Assembly (NCBI GenBank): GCA_048128005.1
Contig: JBEUKZ010000075.1
Span: forward strand, 1-64,000
Source of the DNA: Veleropilina oligotropha
Taxonomy: Eukaryota
Length of the DNA stretch: 64,000 nucleotides
Direction: 5' to 3'
In this document: one piece after another, positions 25,524 to 34,277 of the stretch
Layout: every line of letters starts with the position of its first letter
Numbering within the stretch: position 1 is the stretch's first letter
Notes under the pieces: model-generated
What the model saw: only the letters and a program-made list of their open reading frames with translations
What the model was told of the DNA's origin: nothing
Database searches by the model: none
Translations under genes and position numbers: made by a program

Positions 25524-25888
25524 ACGTGGCTGTATTGTTCAGCCTGTTGATTCCCAATGTTTACCGTTACGTTCAAATACATGGTCCCCACCCACGGGGC
25601 CTTGATGATGAAGGCGAGGGTCAACCTGTCCGAATTCAGGCCAAGCGTACTTATGGAACATGCTTTGGGGCCCCCAGCGGGCTGGACCGGCGTCAGGTGG
25701 ATCATTAGGAGGGCTGGGTTTAACCCAAACCGACCTCCAGCGTTTGGGATCATGAACTCCCTCTTCGCCAGCCCCTTCTTGGGCGCTTCCCCACAATTAA
25801 GAACGAAGTGCCACCGGGTTGGGGAAGAGGGCTCATCTGCAAGCAGGGGTGGGGGTGGGAGTGGGGTCCCATAGATGCTGATGCTCAT
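25520..25888 (-). CDS. Hypothetical viral protein (122 aa)
   Basis: ATG start; overlaps both neighbouring minus-strand ORFs by 4 nt (ATGA coupling). Confidence 0.55.
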   Translation of the reverse strand: MSISIYGTPLPPPPLLADEPSSPTRWHFVLNCGEAPKKGLAKREFMIPNAGGRFGLNPALLMIHLTPVQPAGGPKACSISTLGLNSDRLTLAFIIKAPWVGTMYLNVTVNIGNQQAEQYSHV

Positions 25889-26592
25889 TGTATCTCAAGG
25901 ACTGCGGACATAGGCATACCGTGATTGTTGAGCGGGTTACCATCTGGGTCTGTGACGTACACCTTCAACTCTGTGATTAGTCCGGCCTGCAGTCGCCAGA
26001 CGGCTGGGTAGCTATGATAGTGGGCAGCTTCACCGAACATCTGCATCGTTATAGGGACCACCGCGAGAATATTGCTAGGGGCGCCGTCCTTCACATTGTG
26101 TGTTGTACTGAGCTGCTCCAGGTGAACGTGTAGGGTCGCTGCAATGGCAAACCCGACAGGCTTGTTCCCGTCATACGTCCCGGGGCGTAGCCATTGCGGC
26201 TCATCTGCAGGCTTGTTCTTGTCATAAGTCATAAGCAGCCACCACCCTGCAAGGGTGAAGCCGAGGAGCTTCCGTATATCGGCGCTGATCGCGAGTTGAG
26301 TCCCAGAGGGGACCACGAGTCGCGCGAGCCCGCTAGCACGGCTTACCTCGAGCTGTATATTAACTAGCGACCTCTTCATTGTCTTGGCGAGGGAATCGAA
26401 GCTGTAGAAACCCGGTGCCAAGTCGACCGTGGTATCCGGGGTCTTAAAGAATGCTCCAGCGTGCACGTTATGCCAGCCGACCCAGTAGTCGAACGAGCGC
26501 AGGACGACGCATAGTTTGCCTTCCCGGTTATCAATAGGCTGCAGGAGGGGAACCGCGGTCCCCTCTTGAACACTCGTTAATGTGTGGAACAT
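25885..26592 (-). CDS. Minor capsid protein (penton, single jelly roll)
   Basis: GWHNV, PGFYSFDSL, NVKDGAPSNILAVVPI, ITELKVYVTDPDGNPLNNHG...VLEI fit the Polinton/PLV penton pattern. Confidence 0.75.
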   Translation of the reverse strand: MFHTLTSVQEGTAVPLLQPIDNREGKLCVVLRSFDYWVGWHNVHAGAFFKTPDTTVDLAPGFYSFDSLAKTMKRSLVNIQLEVSRASGLARLVVPSGTQLAISADIRKLLGFTLAGWWLLMTYDKNKPADEPQWLRPGTYDGNKPVGFAIAATLHVHLEQLSTTHNVKDGAPSNILAVVPITMQMFGEAAHYHSYPAVWRLQAGLITELKVYVTDPDGNPLNNHGMPMSAVLEIQ

Positions 26593-26596
26593 AGCT

Positions 26597-27868
26597 ATGG
26601 CTAAGAGCGCCTTTGCGTTTAATGGGAGTGCGGCCTATCCGACCGGTGTGGTGTACCCAGCGAAGATCCAAGATGAGCAGCTTACAAAACCAAGCATCGT
26701 TGTCTCCTCGTCTGAATCTCCTGCCTTCGGGGCAGACTACCCAGACGTCTTTCAAAAATACCGCCTCCCTCACGTTGCGAGTGATCGAGTGATCCAGGCC
26801 TGGCACAGTACACCGATGCGATTTTGGCAGAACAAGGTCAATTTCGCCGTCTGGTGTGCCACAACAGGTTCCGGGATCTCCTCAGAGGACCACTTGAATG
26901 CTACTGCAGCCCTCTCCACTGCTGTATTCACCTTCCACGTATACTATCAGGTCAGAAGGATCTTGACCGAAATTCAGGCACTGCTGCCACAAGACGTGAC
27001 GTGGGACGCCTTTGACACCCCGTATGACCGAAGGTCATATGAAAAGATCTGCAGCGAATTCGGAGTCTCTCCACATACCGACTGGCGTGTCAAGGGTCCC
27101 AACGGCGGATTAGGCACGGCTTACAGCTACTGGACGAACAACGGCTACCACCCCATCGGACGTGAGTATGATCCAAGCCGAATGTCCTTCACCAAAGGTA
27201 CGACCAACACGAATTTGCATGTGGACTATATAGCACAGGATGCAGGCACTTCGTGGGCTACTTTTATTCTGGACAGGTCAGTGGGGTTTACCCGGGCCGG
27301 CGTGGAGAGGCTCAATGACTCCATCAGGACCTACGTCTGGGCGATTCTTGGAGCGCAGGCGCAGACACGTGCAAGTATTCTGGGGAGTGGGACGGCATTT
27401 GATGCACAGAAACAGTTTCTGGCGAACGTCGAAGACGCCATCGCATCCCCCGTTGACCTCCCATCAGCCATCAAACGGTACCAGGACGTTTTGCAGTATG
27501 CCAGGTCCAAGGTCGACTTCGTATTCGGCGTTGGCCTGTACATGGCGCCAAGTAACATGCTTCTACGGATCGGGCAGGTGGCTGGTTATAACAACGAGAT
27601 CGTCGTCGCCACGGAAGACCAGACCCTAGGTCTTAATATGACGGTGAACGCGGCCAGTGTGCCGCCCAACGCCGCACGGGGTACTGGAGAAACAGGATTG
27701 GTTATTCCACAAGACGCAGATGCAAGCATACCGGTAGTCACTCTGAAGCATCCAAACGCTGAGCTGGCTGTAGCTGTTCCAGCGGTAGCTGTGGCACATG
27801 ACGAGGAGAAAACCGCACTTATCGTGGGCGGCATTGTCGTTGGCCTAGCGTTCATCTGGCTTACGTGA
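26597..27868 (+). CDS. Hypothetical viral protein with a C-terminal transmembrane anchor
   Basis: Long open frame from the ATG at 26597; ends ALIVGGIVVGLAFIWLT. Confidence 0.8.
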   Translation: MAKSAFAFNGSAAYPTGVVYPAKIQDEQLTKPSIVVSSSESPAFGADYPDVFQKYRLPHVASDRVIQAWHSTPMRFWQNKVNFAVWCATTGSGISSEDHLNATAALSTAVFTFHVYYQVRRILTEIQALLPQDVTWDAFDTPYDRRSYEKICSEFGVSPHTDWRVKGPNGGLGTAYSYWTNNGYHPIGREYDPSRMSFTKGTTNTNLHVDYIAQDAGTSWATFILDRSVGFTRAGVERLNDSIRTYVWAILGAQAQTRASILGSGTAFDAQKQFLANVEDAIASPVDLPSAIKRYQDVLQYARSKVDFVFGVGLYMAPSNMLLRIGQVAGYNNEIVVATEDQTLGLNMTVNAASVPPNAARGTGETGLVIPQDADASIPVVTLKHPNAELAVAVPAVAVAHDEEKTALIVGGIVVGLAFIWLT

Positions 27869-29153
27869 CCCACTGTCTAGCGGCAATAAGAAGCAAGCCC
27901 CCAACAGATATAATCACAGCCCACAGATTCTCGGCGAGCCACGACGCAGTCTTGCCGACCAGGTTGATTAGCCAGGAGACAAGGCTTCCAAGTATTCCGG
28001 GGAGCGCGGCTGCGGCCTTCCCCGCTAGTTTGCCTAGAATCCTTCCCAGGTTCTGCAGCTGCTTTTTGACCCACTCCTTGACCCCCCCTTGACCACTGGG
28101 AGGTGGTGGTGGTTGTGGTATGCTCGGCGCTCCGCCTGTCAGGGCTAGTACCAAAGTCGAGATGGCCAACCCAATAGCGGTCAGTATGGTTGCGATCGTA
28201 ACCCCTTGCTCTCGGAAGAGGGTCCGAATACGCTCGGCCAGCGTTGTGTCAGAGTGGAGAATCCGATCTAGCATCTCTCGGATCCGGCTGATTTGAGAGC
28301 GTAGGGCCTCCCGGCTGAATGAGGCTGCCTCTAGGCGAGCTTCTCGTTCATCGTTTAAGTTGCGCAGACGTTCCGCGATCCATCGACGAATAAACTCATC
28401 CACACCGCCCTCTTCATCGGCCCGATCGAGCTTGCTCTTCTCCAGCTCTATGTGTTCGTCCAGCGCCGTTAGTTTGGCTAAGTTGTTAGTGAGCTCGCCT
28501 CGAATGGTCTGCATCGCCTTGTCAAGTCCGCGAAGCTCGCGGAGGTTTAATGGAGGGTCCCCCATCGTGCCTAAGATCTCTTCAACCTCGGTATCAGTGA
28601 ACTTCGTCTCCATCATGTGGATTGCTACCGAGGCCTCAGTAGCTGTCTGCCCCAAGTCCCGCAGTTCCACGTTGTCTACGTTAGCGGCCGCACCGCTCAA
28701 CTCATCGTTGGCTGTCTGCAGAGCTGCAACCGCTTTTGAGGACAGCTTCTGTCCCCCTTTCCCCCGCTTCTCTGGCCGCGTCCATGCTTCGAATCCCAAC
28801 CCTTTTCTGATCGCACTACCCCCACCTCTCCGGTTAGCTAGTGTTGACAAAGCATTGGGTTTTTTCGATCTAGAATTGATGAGATCGATGTTTGGATATT
28901 TCTTCAGCCGCAATCCCTCCCCCTCGACGTACTCGAACTGGGAATAATCACGCCACGTAGGCAAGGTCTGCCCCTCCTCCGACAGGGCTTTGTAGTAGTC
29001 ATCAACCACGTCCTTCACGAACTCTTGCCGCTGACTGCTGGTTCCTTCCTGTGGCCGTTCCGAAAGAACAGGCTCAATCCAGTCCGTGGATCCAACCTCA
29101 CCATCATCGTCGATGATGTCGGGCTCGAATGTGGGGTTCTCAAATTCCGCCAT
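27861..29153 (-). CDS. Coiled-coil viral protein with C-terminal hydrophobic/amphipathic helices (about 430 aa)
   Basis: Likely start MAEFENPTFEPD at 29153 (the track's extension lies antisense to the capsid gene); TIATILTAIGLAISTLVLAL and LPGILGSLVSWLINL...LWAVIISVGGLLL segments. Confidence 0.8.
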   Translation of the reverse strand: MAEFENPTFEPDIIDDDGEVGSTDWIEPVLSERPQEGTSSQRQEFVKDVVDDYYKALSEEGQTLPTWRDYSQFEYVEGEGLRLKKYPNIDLINSRSKKPNALSTLANRRGGGSAIRKGLGFEAWTRPEKRGKGGQKLSSKAVAALQTANDELSGAAANVDNVELRDLGQTATEASVAIHMMETKFTDTEVEEILGTMGDPPLNLRELRGLDKAMQTIRGELTNNLAKLTALDEHIELEKSKLDRADEEGGVDEFIRRWIAERLRNLNDEREARLEAASFSREALRSQISRIREMLDRILHSDTTLAERIRTLFREQGVTIATILTAIGLAISTLVLALTGGAPSIPQPPPPPSGQGGVKEWVKKQLQNLGRILGKLAGKAAAALPGILGSLVSWLINLVGKTASWLAENLWAVIISVGGLLLIAARQWVT

Positions 29154-29204
29154 TTGAATACACAAGCTGGGATACGCATCTAAATCAGCCATAGCGACAA
29201 CAAC

Positions 29205-30509
29205 ATGTCCAGCACGTACGGACGCACGTTGGATCCATACCGCAGACTTCGAGAGCCCCTCGGGGTCAAGGGTATCCGCCAGTCGGTCACCATAACCAAC
29301 AACCCATCCACCATCGCTGCGAACCAACAACTGCTGGTCCGGTTCCCTAACCTCGGGGCTCATGACGTGATCGTGCCAGGGACTGCACACCTCGCATTCA
29401 CCATTGCTCTGACCTCGGCTAACCCGAACAGGACTGTAGTTCAGAACATCGGACGCGCCGTGGTCAAGAAGACCACGATAAAGATCAGTGGGAACGAAGT
29501 CATGTCTATAGATGACTCCGACGTGTACCACTGCTACTGCGATCTCTGGAATACCGCAGGGGAGCGCACGAATGCCCAATATCAGGGTATTGATACCAGC
29601 GACAGCCACAACACTACGAAGAACCGTGTCGGCGCTGAGGGCGCATTCAGACGTTCTGAGGACACAGCTATATCGGACGCGTACGGCCCAAGGTTTCGCA
29701 TCCCGCTGGACTTCGAGTTGCTGGAGAGCCACATGCCGTTCTACCAAAGTGCGTTGGGGGACCGTCTTGAGTACGAGCTTACGTTCAACGATCACTCAAG
29801 GACGATCAGGGACACCGATGACCCCAGCTCCAGCTACGTCATCGACAATATCAGCCTGGAATACGACATGGTCACTAATCTTGAGCTTGCCAGATCGATA
29901 AAAAACCAATACTCGGGCCGCCTCGTGATCCTGTACGATCGTGTCCTGCGGCATCGTAAGATTACGAGAGACAAAAGCGACACTTTGTGGAATTTAAATT
30001 TGAATGTACCGGCGAAATCCATGAAGGGTATCCTACTGCTGTTTGAGGATCCCGCGAGAGACGCCGCACCATTCGCGAGGGACACCGAGGCCTTCTACAA
30101 TCCGAAGATCACGAAGGTCGAGGTCACTATTGAGGGTGTGCCGAATCAACTATACAGCCAGGGCATGCGTTCCTACCAGATGTGGGACGAAGCCAGGAGA
30201 TTCTTCGCCTCCTCCCCAAGCAGCAAGCGCCATCCTGAGGTGGCGTTGGTTGCCAAGGATTTGGAATTGGCGGACGTCACCCTGGGCGAGTTTCTGACTA
30301 AGAAGTTCGCCTTATTGATCGACCTCAGGGTCACCGACGACGACCAGCTGCATGGGTCAGGCCGGAAAGTAGATAACGCCAGCGAGGGCATCACCATCCA
30401 GATAACTAAGATGGGTGAAGCAGCCGGCCCGTTGAACGTCTACGTGTTCGTGATAATGGATGCGCAACTGCATATTCAGGATGGCCGATTTGTCACCGCG
30501 CTATACTAA
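29205..30509 (+). CDS. Major capsid protein (predicted double jelly roll)
   Basis: 434-aa beta-strand-rich protein directly upstream of the ATPase; NPSTI...LLVRFP, IDNISLEYD, FYNPKITKVEVTIEG, ALLIDLR patterns. The fold is inferred. Confidence 0.78.
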   Translation: MSSTYGRTLDPYRRLREPLGVKGIRQSVTITNNPSTIAANQQLLVRFPNLGAHDVIVPGTAHLAFTIALTSANPNRTVVQNIGRAVVKKTTIKISGNEVMSIDDSDVYHCYCDLWNTAGERTNAQYQGIDTSDSHNTTKNRVGAEGAFRRSEDTAISDAYGPRFRIPLDFELLESHMPFYQSALGDRLEYELTFNDHSRTIRDTDDPSSSYVIDNISLEYDMVTNLELARSIKNQYSGRLVILYDRVLRHRKITRDKSDTLWNLNLNVPAKSMKGILLLFEDPARDAAPFARDTEAFYNPKITKVEVTIEGVPNQLYSQGMRSYQMWDEARRFFASSPSSKRHPEVALVAKDLELADVTLGEFLTKKFALLIDLRVTDDDQLHGSGRKVDNASEGITIQITKMGEAAGPLNVYVFVIMDAQLHIQDGRFVTALY

Positions 30510-31116
30510 AAGACAGTTCCCGCACCCCAAGGACCCCCACTCCGCAATCATCTGCGGCCAGACTGGCTGTGGGAAGACGGTTTTCATGCTTGAACTTCTG
30601 GAGGGGGAGTACCTAGGAGTGTTCCGGCATATTGTGATCCTCTGCCCAACGATCAAGTACAATAAAACATACCAGTCCTGTCCATGGATCTGGACTGACC
30701 CTGAGGTGTACATAATCCCCCCTGGTGAGCGACTCCATGACTGGTTGCGGGGGTTCTACCGGCTGTTTCAGGGGGAACCGACTCTGTACATCATTGACGA
30801 CTGCGCCGCCAGCAAAGCTATGGCAAAAAAACGGGACATGCTGACTTTGTTGGCCTTCAGCGGCAGGCATGCCGAACAAAGCGTATGGGTGGTGACGCAA
30901 AAGTACAACGCAGTCTTGAAGGAGCTCAGAGAGCAGACCCGCTGGGTCGCGCTGTTCCATTGCAAGGACCGCGACAGTTTCGAGGACTGTCTGCGCGAGA
31001 ACGATGTTATCTCATCCTGCGACGAGAGAACCGCAGTGCGCCAGCTTTTGGCCGAGACCAAGCATGCCAAACTCCTGTTGAAAACTGATCAGCCCGTTGC
31101 TTATAGTGTGCTATAG
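30460..31116 (+). CDS. FtsK/HerA-superfamily (A32-like) genome-packaging ATPase
   Basis: Walker A GQTGCGKT, Walker B LYIIDD, GRH and VVTQKY motifs. Confidence 0.92.
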   Translation: MRNCIFRMADLSPRYTKRQFPHPKDPHSAIICGQTGCGKTVFMLELLEGEYLGVFRHIVILCPTIKYNKTYQSCPWIWTDPEVYIIPPGERLHDWLRGFYRLFQGEPTLYIIDDCAASKAMAKKRDMLTLLAFSGRHAEQSVWVVTQKYNAVLKELREQTRWVALFHCKDRDSFEDCLRENDVISSCDERTAVRQLLAETKHAKLLLKTDQPVAYSVL

Positions 31117-31169
31117 CAGCTACTTGGCTAGCCCTAACATCTACTTAGCAGCTACTTAGCTAGCTAGGC

Positions 31170-31901
31170 ATGTCGGACGCCCTATACATAGCTTTTGCTT
31201 GCAGCCAAAGCCTGACGTTGCTGCTACTCGTAACATTGTGGTATTGGCATTATCGCTATATTAGACTGGCGAGGAGATGTTGGAAACGCTTAAGGATGGA
31301 CAGCCTCATCGATCAACTCATGGATGACGAGGAAGAAACGACCGTCTGCCAGGGCCCCACACCCCGCTCGACGACCGAACGTGGCGAGGAACCTGAAACT
31401 GGCGTAGCAAAGAAACGGGAGAGGCTTGCAGCATTAGCCGTTGGAGGACAGGCCCACCGATACATGGGGCGCCACCTCACGGTTGACCGAATCGACGATA
31501 TGACTGACGACGAGGTTGAGAAACACCATGCACGGTATGAAGCCAAGCTCGGTGCTGACATGACGAAGACCCTGGGGACTGCCGCTATACAGCTGTATGC
31601 GGGTGCAGCTGGGATGTTCTTGCCCATTCCGCCGGAGAACCAGCTACGACTGGTCGCTGACCTCGAGGCCGACCCTTTCATCTCACATGCCCTGAGCACT
31701 GCAAGCTGTGAGCTGTATTATAAATATGGCATGTACCTCGCACCGCTGACCACGGCTAAGCACTGCCAATTTGGACATGTTTGCCCGCCTAAAATATCGC
31801 GAGAGCGAGATCAAGATGACAACGCTGAAAGTGGACCAAATTTCGGCACCGAGCCCGCCGACAGAGAGGGTGACTTCTTCGACGGACTCATCAGTGAGTA
31901 A
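31170..31901 (+). CDS. Hypothetical viral protein
   Basis: 243-aa ORF in the co-oriented cluster; hydrophobic N-terminus; true start may be the internal MDSLIDQ. Confidence 0.7.
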   Translation: MSDALYIAFACSQSLTLLLLVTLWYWHYRYIRLARRCWKRLRMDSLIDQLMDDEEETTVCQGPTPRSTTERGEEPETGVAKKRERLAALAVGGQAHRYMGRHLTVDRIDDMTDDEVEKHHARYEAKLGADMTKTLGTAAIQLYAGAAGMFLPIPPENQLRLVADLEADPFISHALSTASCELYYKYGMYLAPLTTAKHCQFGHVCPPKISRERDQDDNAESGPNFGTEPADREGDFFDGLISE

Positions 31902-32508
31902 CAAGGACCCTAAAAAGGACCCTAAGAAGGTGGCTGCAGGCCGGGCCGGTGCTGTGGCTCGGAAAGCCAAGCAGGAGAGGCTCCTTGCCGACGTTAGAAG
32001 ACTCAAAGAAGACGCTCGACAAGTATCCGTCATCGAAGTTCCTTCAGACCTACCGGAGGCACAGCCCCAACAAAAACACAGTGGTGCCCCGGCCAAGGTG
32101 ACCGTGGTCGAAAAGTCAGCTACACGGAAATCGGACCCATTTAATTGGACCCAGGTAGCCGTTGCTGCCGGTACGGTTGCATTGGTATTTGTTGTCTGGA
32201 GATGCAGCAACCCTGGTTCCTCCACACCACATCAACAGCCACCAGCACAGGCGAGGCAGCCATCTGTCCCCACCCCAACCACCACCGAATTGAAGAATGA
32301 GCACAACCCGTTCTATCACGCAGCTATAGTATCAGGCCTTGCCATAGGCTACGCACGCCTGGGAAAAATGGTATTCAAGGGAGCGAGCCCCAAGCTGGAC
32401 TTCACGGGGTACGATGTCGGGATGGTCGTCCTCGACGTAGCGCTCGCCATGGCGACGAAAGATATGCTGATCAAGCAAGGCATCATTCCGGCCGACGTTT
32501 TGAAGTAG
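31771..32508 (+). CDS. Hypothetical viral membrane protein (possibly two genes fused)
   Basis: Basic KDPKKVAAGRAGA motif, TM segment VAVAAGTVALVFVVW, then a second hydrophobic module; first ATG at 31816. Confidence 0.65.
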   Translation: MDMFARLKYRESEIKMTTLKVDQISAPSPPTERVTSSTDSSVSNKDPKKDPKKVAAGRAGAVARKAKQERLLADVRRLKEDARQVSVIEVPSDLPEAQPQQKHSGAPAKVTVVEKSATRKSDPFNWTQVAVAAGTVALVFVVWRCSNPGSSTPHQQPPAQARQPSVPTPTTTELKNEHNPFYHAAIVSGLAIGYARLGKMVFKGASPKLDFTGYDVGMVVLDVALAMATKDMLIKQGIIPADVLK

Positions 32509-32539
32509 TGTGACCTTGCTAGATAATCGCAGCATTTCA

Positions 32540-32971
32540 ATGGCTTCCATTGCGATGCTGGTTGGGGGCGCTCTCGTCAACGCCCTCGCCTTCAGCGGCT
32601 CCAACTTCCTCTTCTCGAAGCTACGCAGTTCCGGTGTTGATGCGGAGCGTAAACGTCACGACATAGCTGTAGAGCAGCTCAACGCCGCTCAGACTAAATG
32701 GTCCCAAAAGAGGGCAGAGCGTCTCGACTGGCTGAACGTTGAACTTCGCCGCCAGGGTCACGCTGTTGGGACATTCCGAGATGTTGACGCCGCTATCCGT
32801 GAGTATGCACTGATCACCGGCAAGAAACTTGACCCCACCGCTGTGGGAGGTGGCCCTGAGCCCCAGCTGTCCGACTACTACACGCCGAGCGATGACCAAA
32901 AGGGACGTGAGATCACCTTCATCATCCTCGGGATGGCTGCGACCGGGTTGGTAGCCTACAAGCTCGCCTAA
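32540..32971 (+). CDS. Small viral protein with hydrophobic ends and a central coiled coil
   Basis: MASIAMLVGGALVNALAFSGSNFLF...ERKRHDIAVEQL...ITFIILGMAATGLVAYKLA. Confidence 0.75.
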   Translation: MASIAMLVGGALVNALAFSGSNFLFSKLRSSGVDAERKRHDIAVEQLNAAQTKWSQKRAERLDWLNVELRRQGHAVGTFRDVDAAIREYALITGKKLDPTAVGGGPEPQLSDYYTPSDDQKGREITFIILGMAATGLVAYKLA

Positions 32972-33239
32972 TTTCCATGTTTGGACATTTTTTCGTGGGC
33001 ATGTATAGTAATGGGGCTCCCAGAAGAGCTGTACTGCGCCATGCTTGCGGTCAGTGGGGTGGCGCATAGTACTACGTCACTCGACTGCTGGCGCCGCGAT
33101 GAAAAGACTATGGTGCGGTTCGCGGTCCTGGTGCTCTCGGGCCCGACCAACCTTTGGGCGACCACTGCGCAGCGACCGGCTCCGGAAGCTGAAGCCTGTT
33201 GGAGACTGATCAGTTTACTGGAATACATTGCCAGTCTCG

Positions 33240-34277
33240 ATGGCAGCGAAGACCGGCAAAAGAACTCGAGGGCGCGGAATGAACCGGAAGCTTGCAAATA
33301 GCTACTATAGCCCCCGAGGCTACTGGAAAGGGATCGCCGCGATAAAACATCTCTCGGCCGCGGTAGATGTCTCTGAAGATGTGGCCCGGGATTGGCTGAA
33401 GAAGCAGGCCATCTGGCAAATCTATTTACCTGCGCCACGGCGGATTCCAAGACCAAAATTCGACGTCGTAACGCCGAACGAGGTTCACCAAGCCGATCTC
33501 CTGTTTCTCCCACATGACAAGGTCGGTCGTAAAACATACAAGTACGCTCTGACTGTGGTTGATGTGGCCAGTCGCTATAAAGAAGCTGAGCCATTGGCCA
33601 CAAAAGAGGCCAAAGGGGTTGCTGAAGCACTTTCGCGAATCTACAGGCGGAGTCCTCTTAGCTGGCCGAAATTGCTTCAGGTTGATCCAGGGCGGGAGTT
33701 TATGGGCGCGGTGTCCCAGCTGCTGGCGACAAATAACGTCGAGGTTAGGCGTGGCCGGGTGGATCTCCATCGCGATCAAGGCATTGTGGAGCGCTTCAAC
33801 CGGACGCTCGCTGAGTGGCTCTTCGGGCACCAGTATGCAAAAGAGATGCGGTTTGCAGAGTCTGCGAAAAAGGGTCAAAGGTCGACTGAGTGGGTCGCCC
33901 GGTTAGCAGCTGTAGTTGCGGCCTTGAATGGGGAAGTGACCAGGCTGACCGGTAAAAAGCCCAAGGATGCCATTAAGGCACCTCGCGTTGCCCAAAAGCC
34001 AGGCGCCACTGTTCCAGGCCGACAGGGGAAGGAACAGAAACTCCCCTCTGGCATAGATGTTCGCTACCTATACCAACCCGGTGAGTTGGAGGGTGGTCGC
34101 CGCCGTGCCACTGACCCGGTGTGGTCTTTGACGGTTCACAGGCTTGGACACTCCGTCACTAAGCCTGACGAGCCTGTGCTCTACTACTTGCTGGATGGAC
34201 CACCGCGTGGGTTTGTTCGAGAGGAACTTCTCGTGGTGCCTCGTGACACCCAGCTGCCGCCGGTTCTCAGGCGTTAA
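33240..34277 (+). CDS. Retroviral-like (rve) DDE integrase
   Basis: HQADLL (D), LTVVDVASRY, LQVDPGREF (D), IVERFNRTL (E); no chromodomain tail seen. Confidence 0.93.
   Translation: MAAKTGKRTRGRGMNRKLANSYYSPRGYWKGIAAIKHLSAAVDVSEDVARDWLKKQAIWQIYLPAPRRIPRPKFDVVTPNEVHQADLLFLPHDKVGRKTYKYALTVVDVASRYKEAEPLATKEAKGVAEALSRIYRRSPLSWPKLLQVDPGREFMGAVSQLLATNNVEVRRGRVDLHRDQGIVERFNRTLAEWLFGHQYAKEMRFAESAKKGQRSTEWVARLAAVVAALNGEVTRLTGKKPKDAIKAPRVAQKPGATVPGRQGKEQKLPSGIDVRYLYQPGELEGGRRRATDPVWSLTVHRLGHSVTKPDEPVLYYLLDGPPRGFVREELLVVPRDTQLPPVLRR

Noticed and set aside
29154..29795. N-terminal 214 aa of the 644-aa minus-strand ORF
   Set aside because: Lies antisense to the capsid gene and starts at a non-ATG codon; the real protein more plausibly starts at 29153.
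32968..33301. ORFs in the gap before the integrase
   Set aside because: No recognisable motifs; cannot tell which frame, if any, is real.
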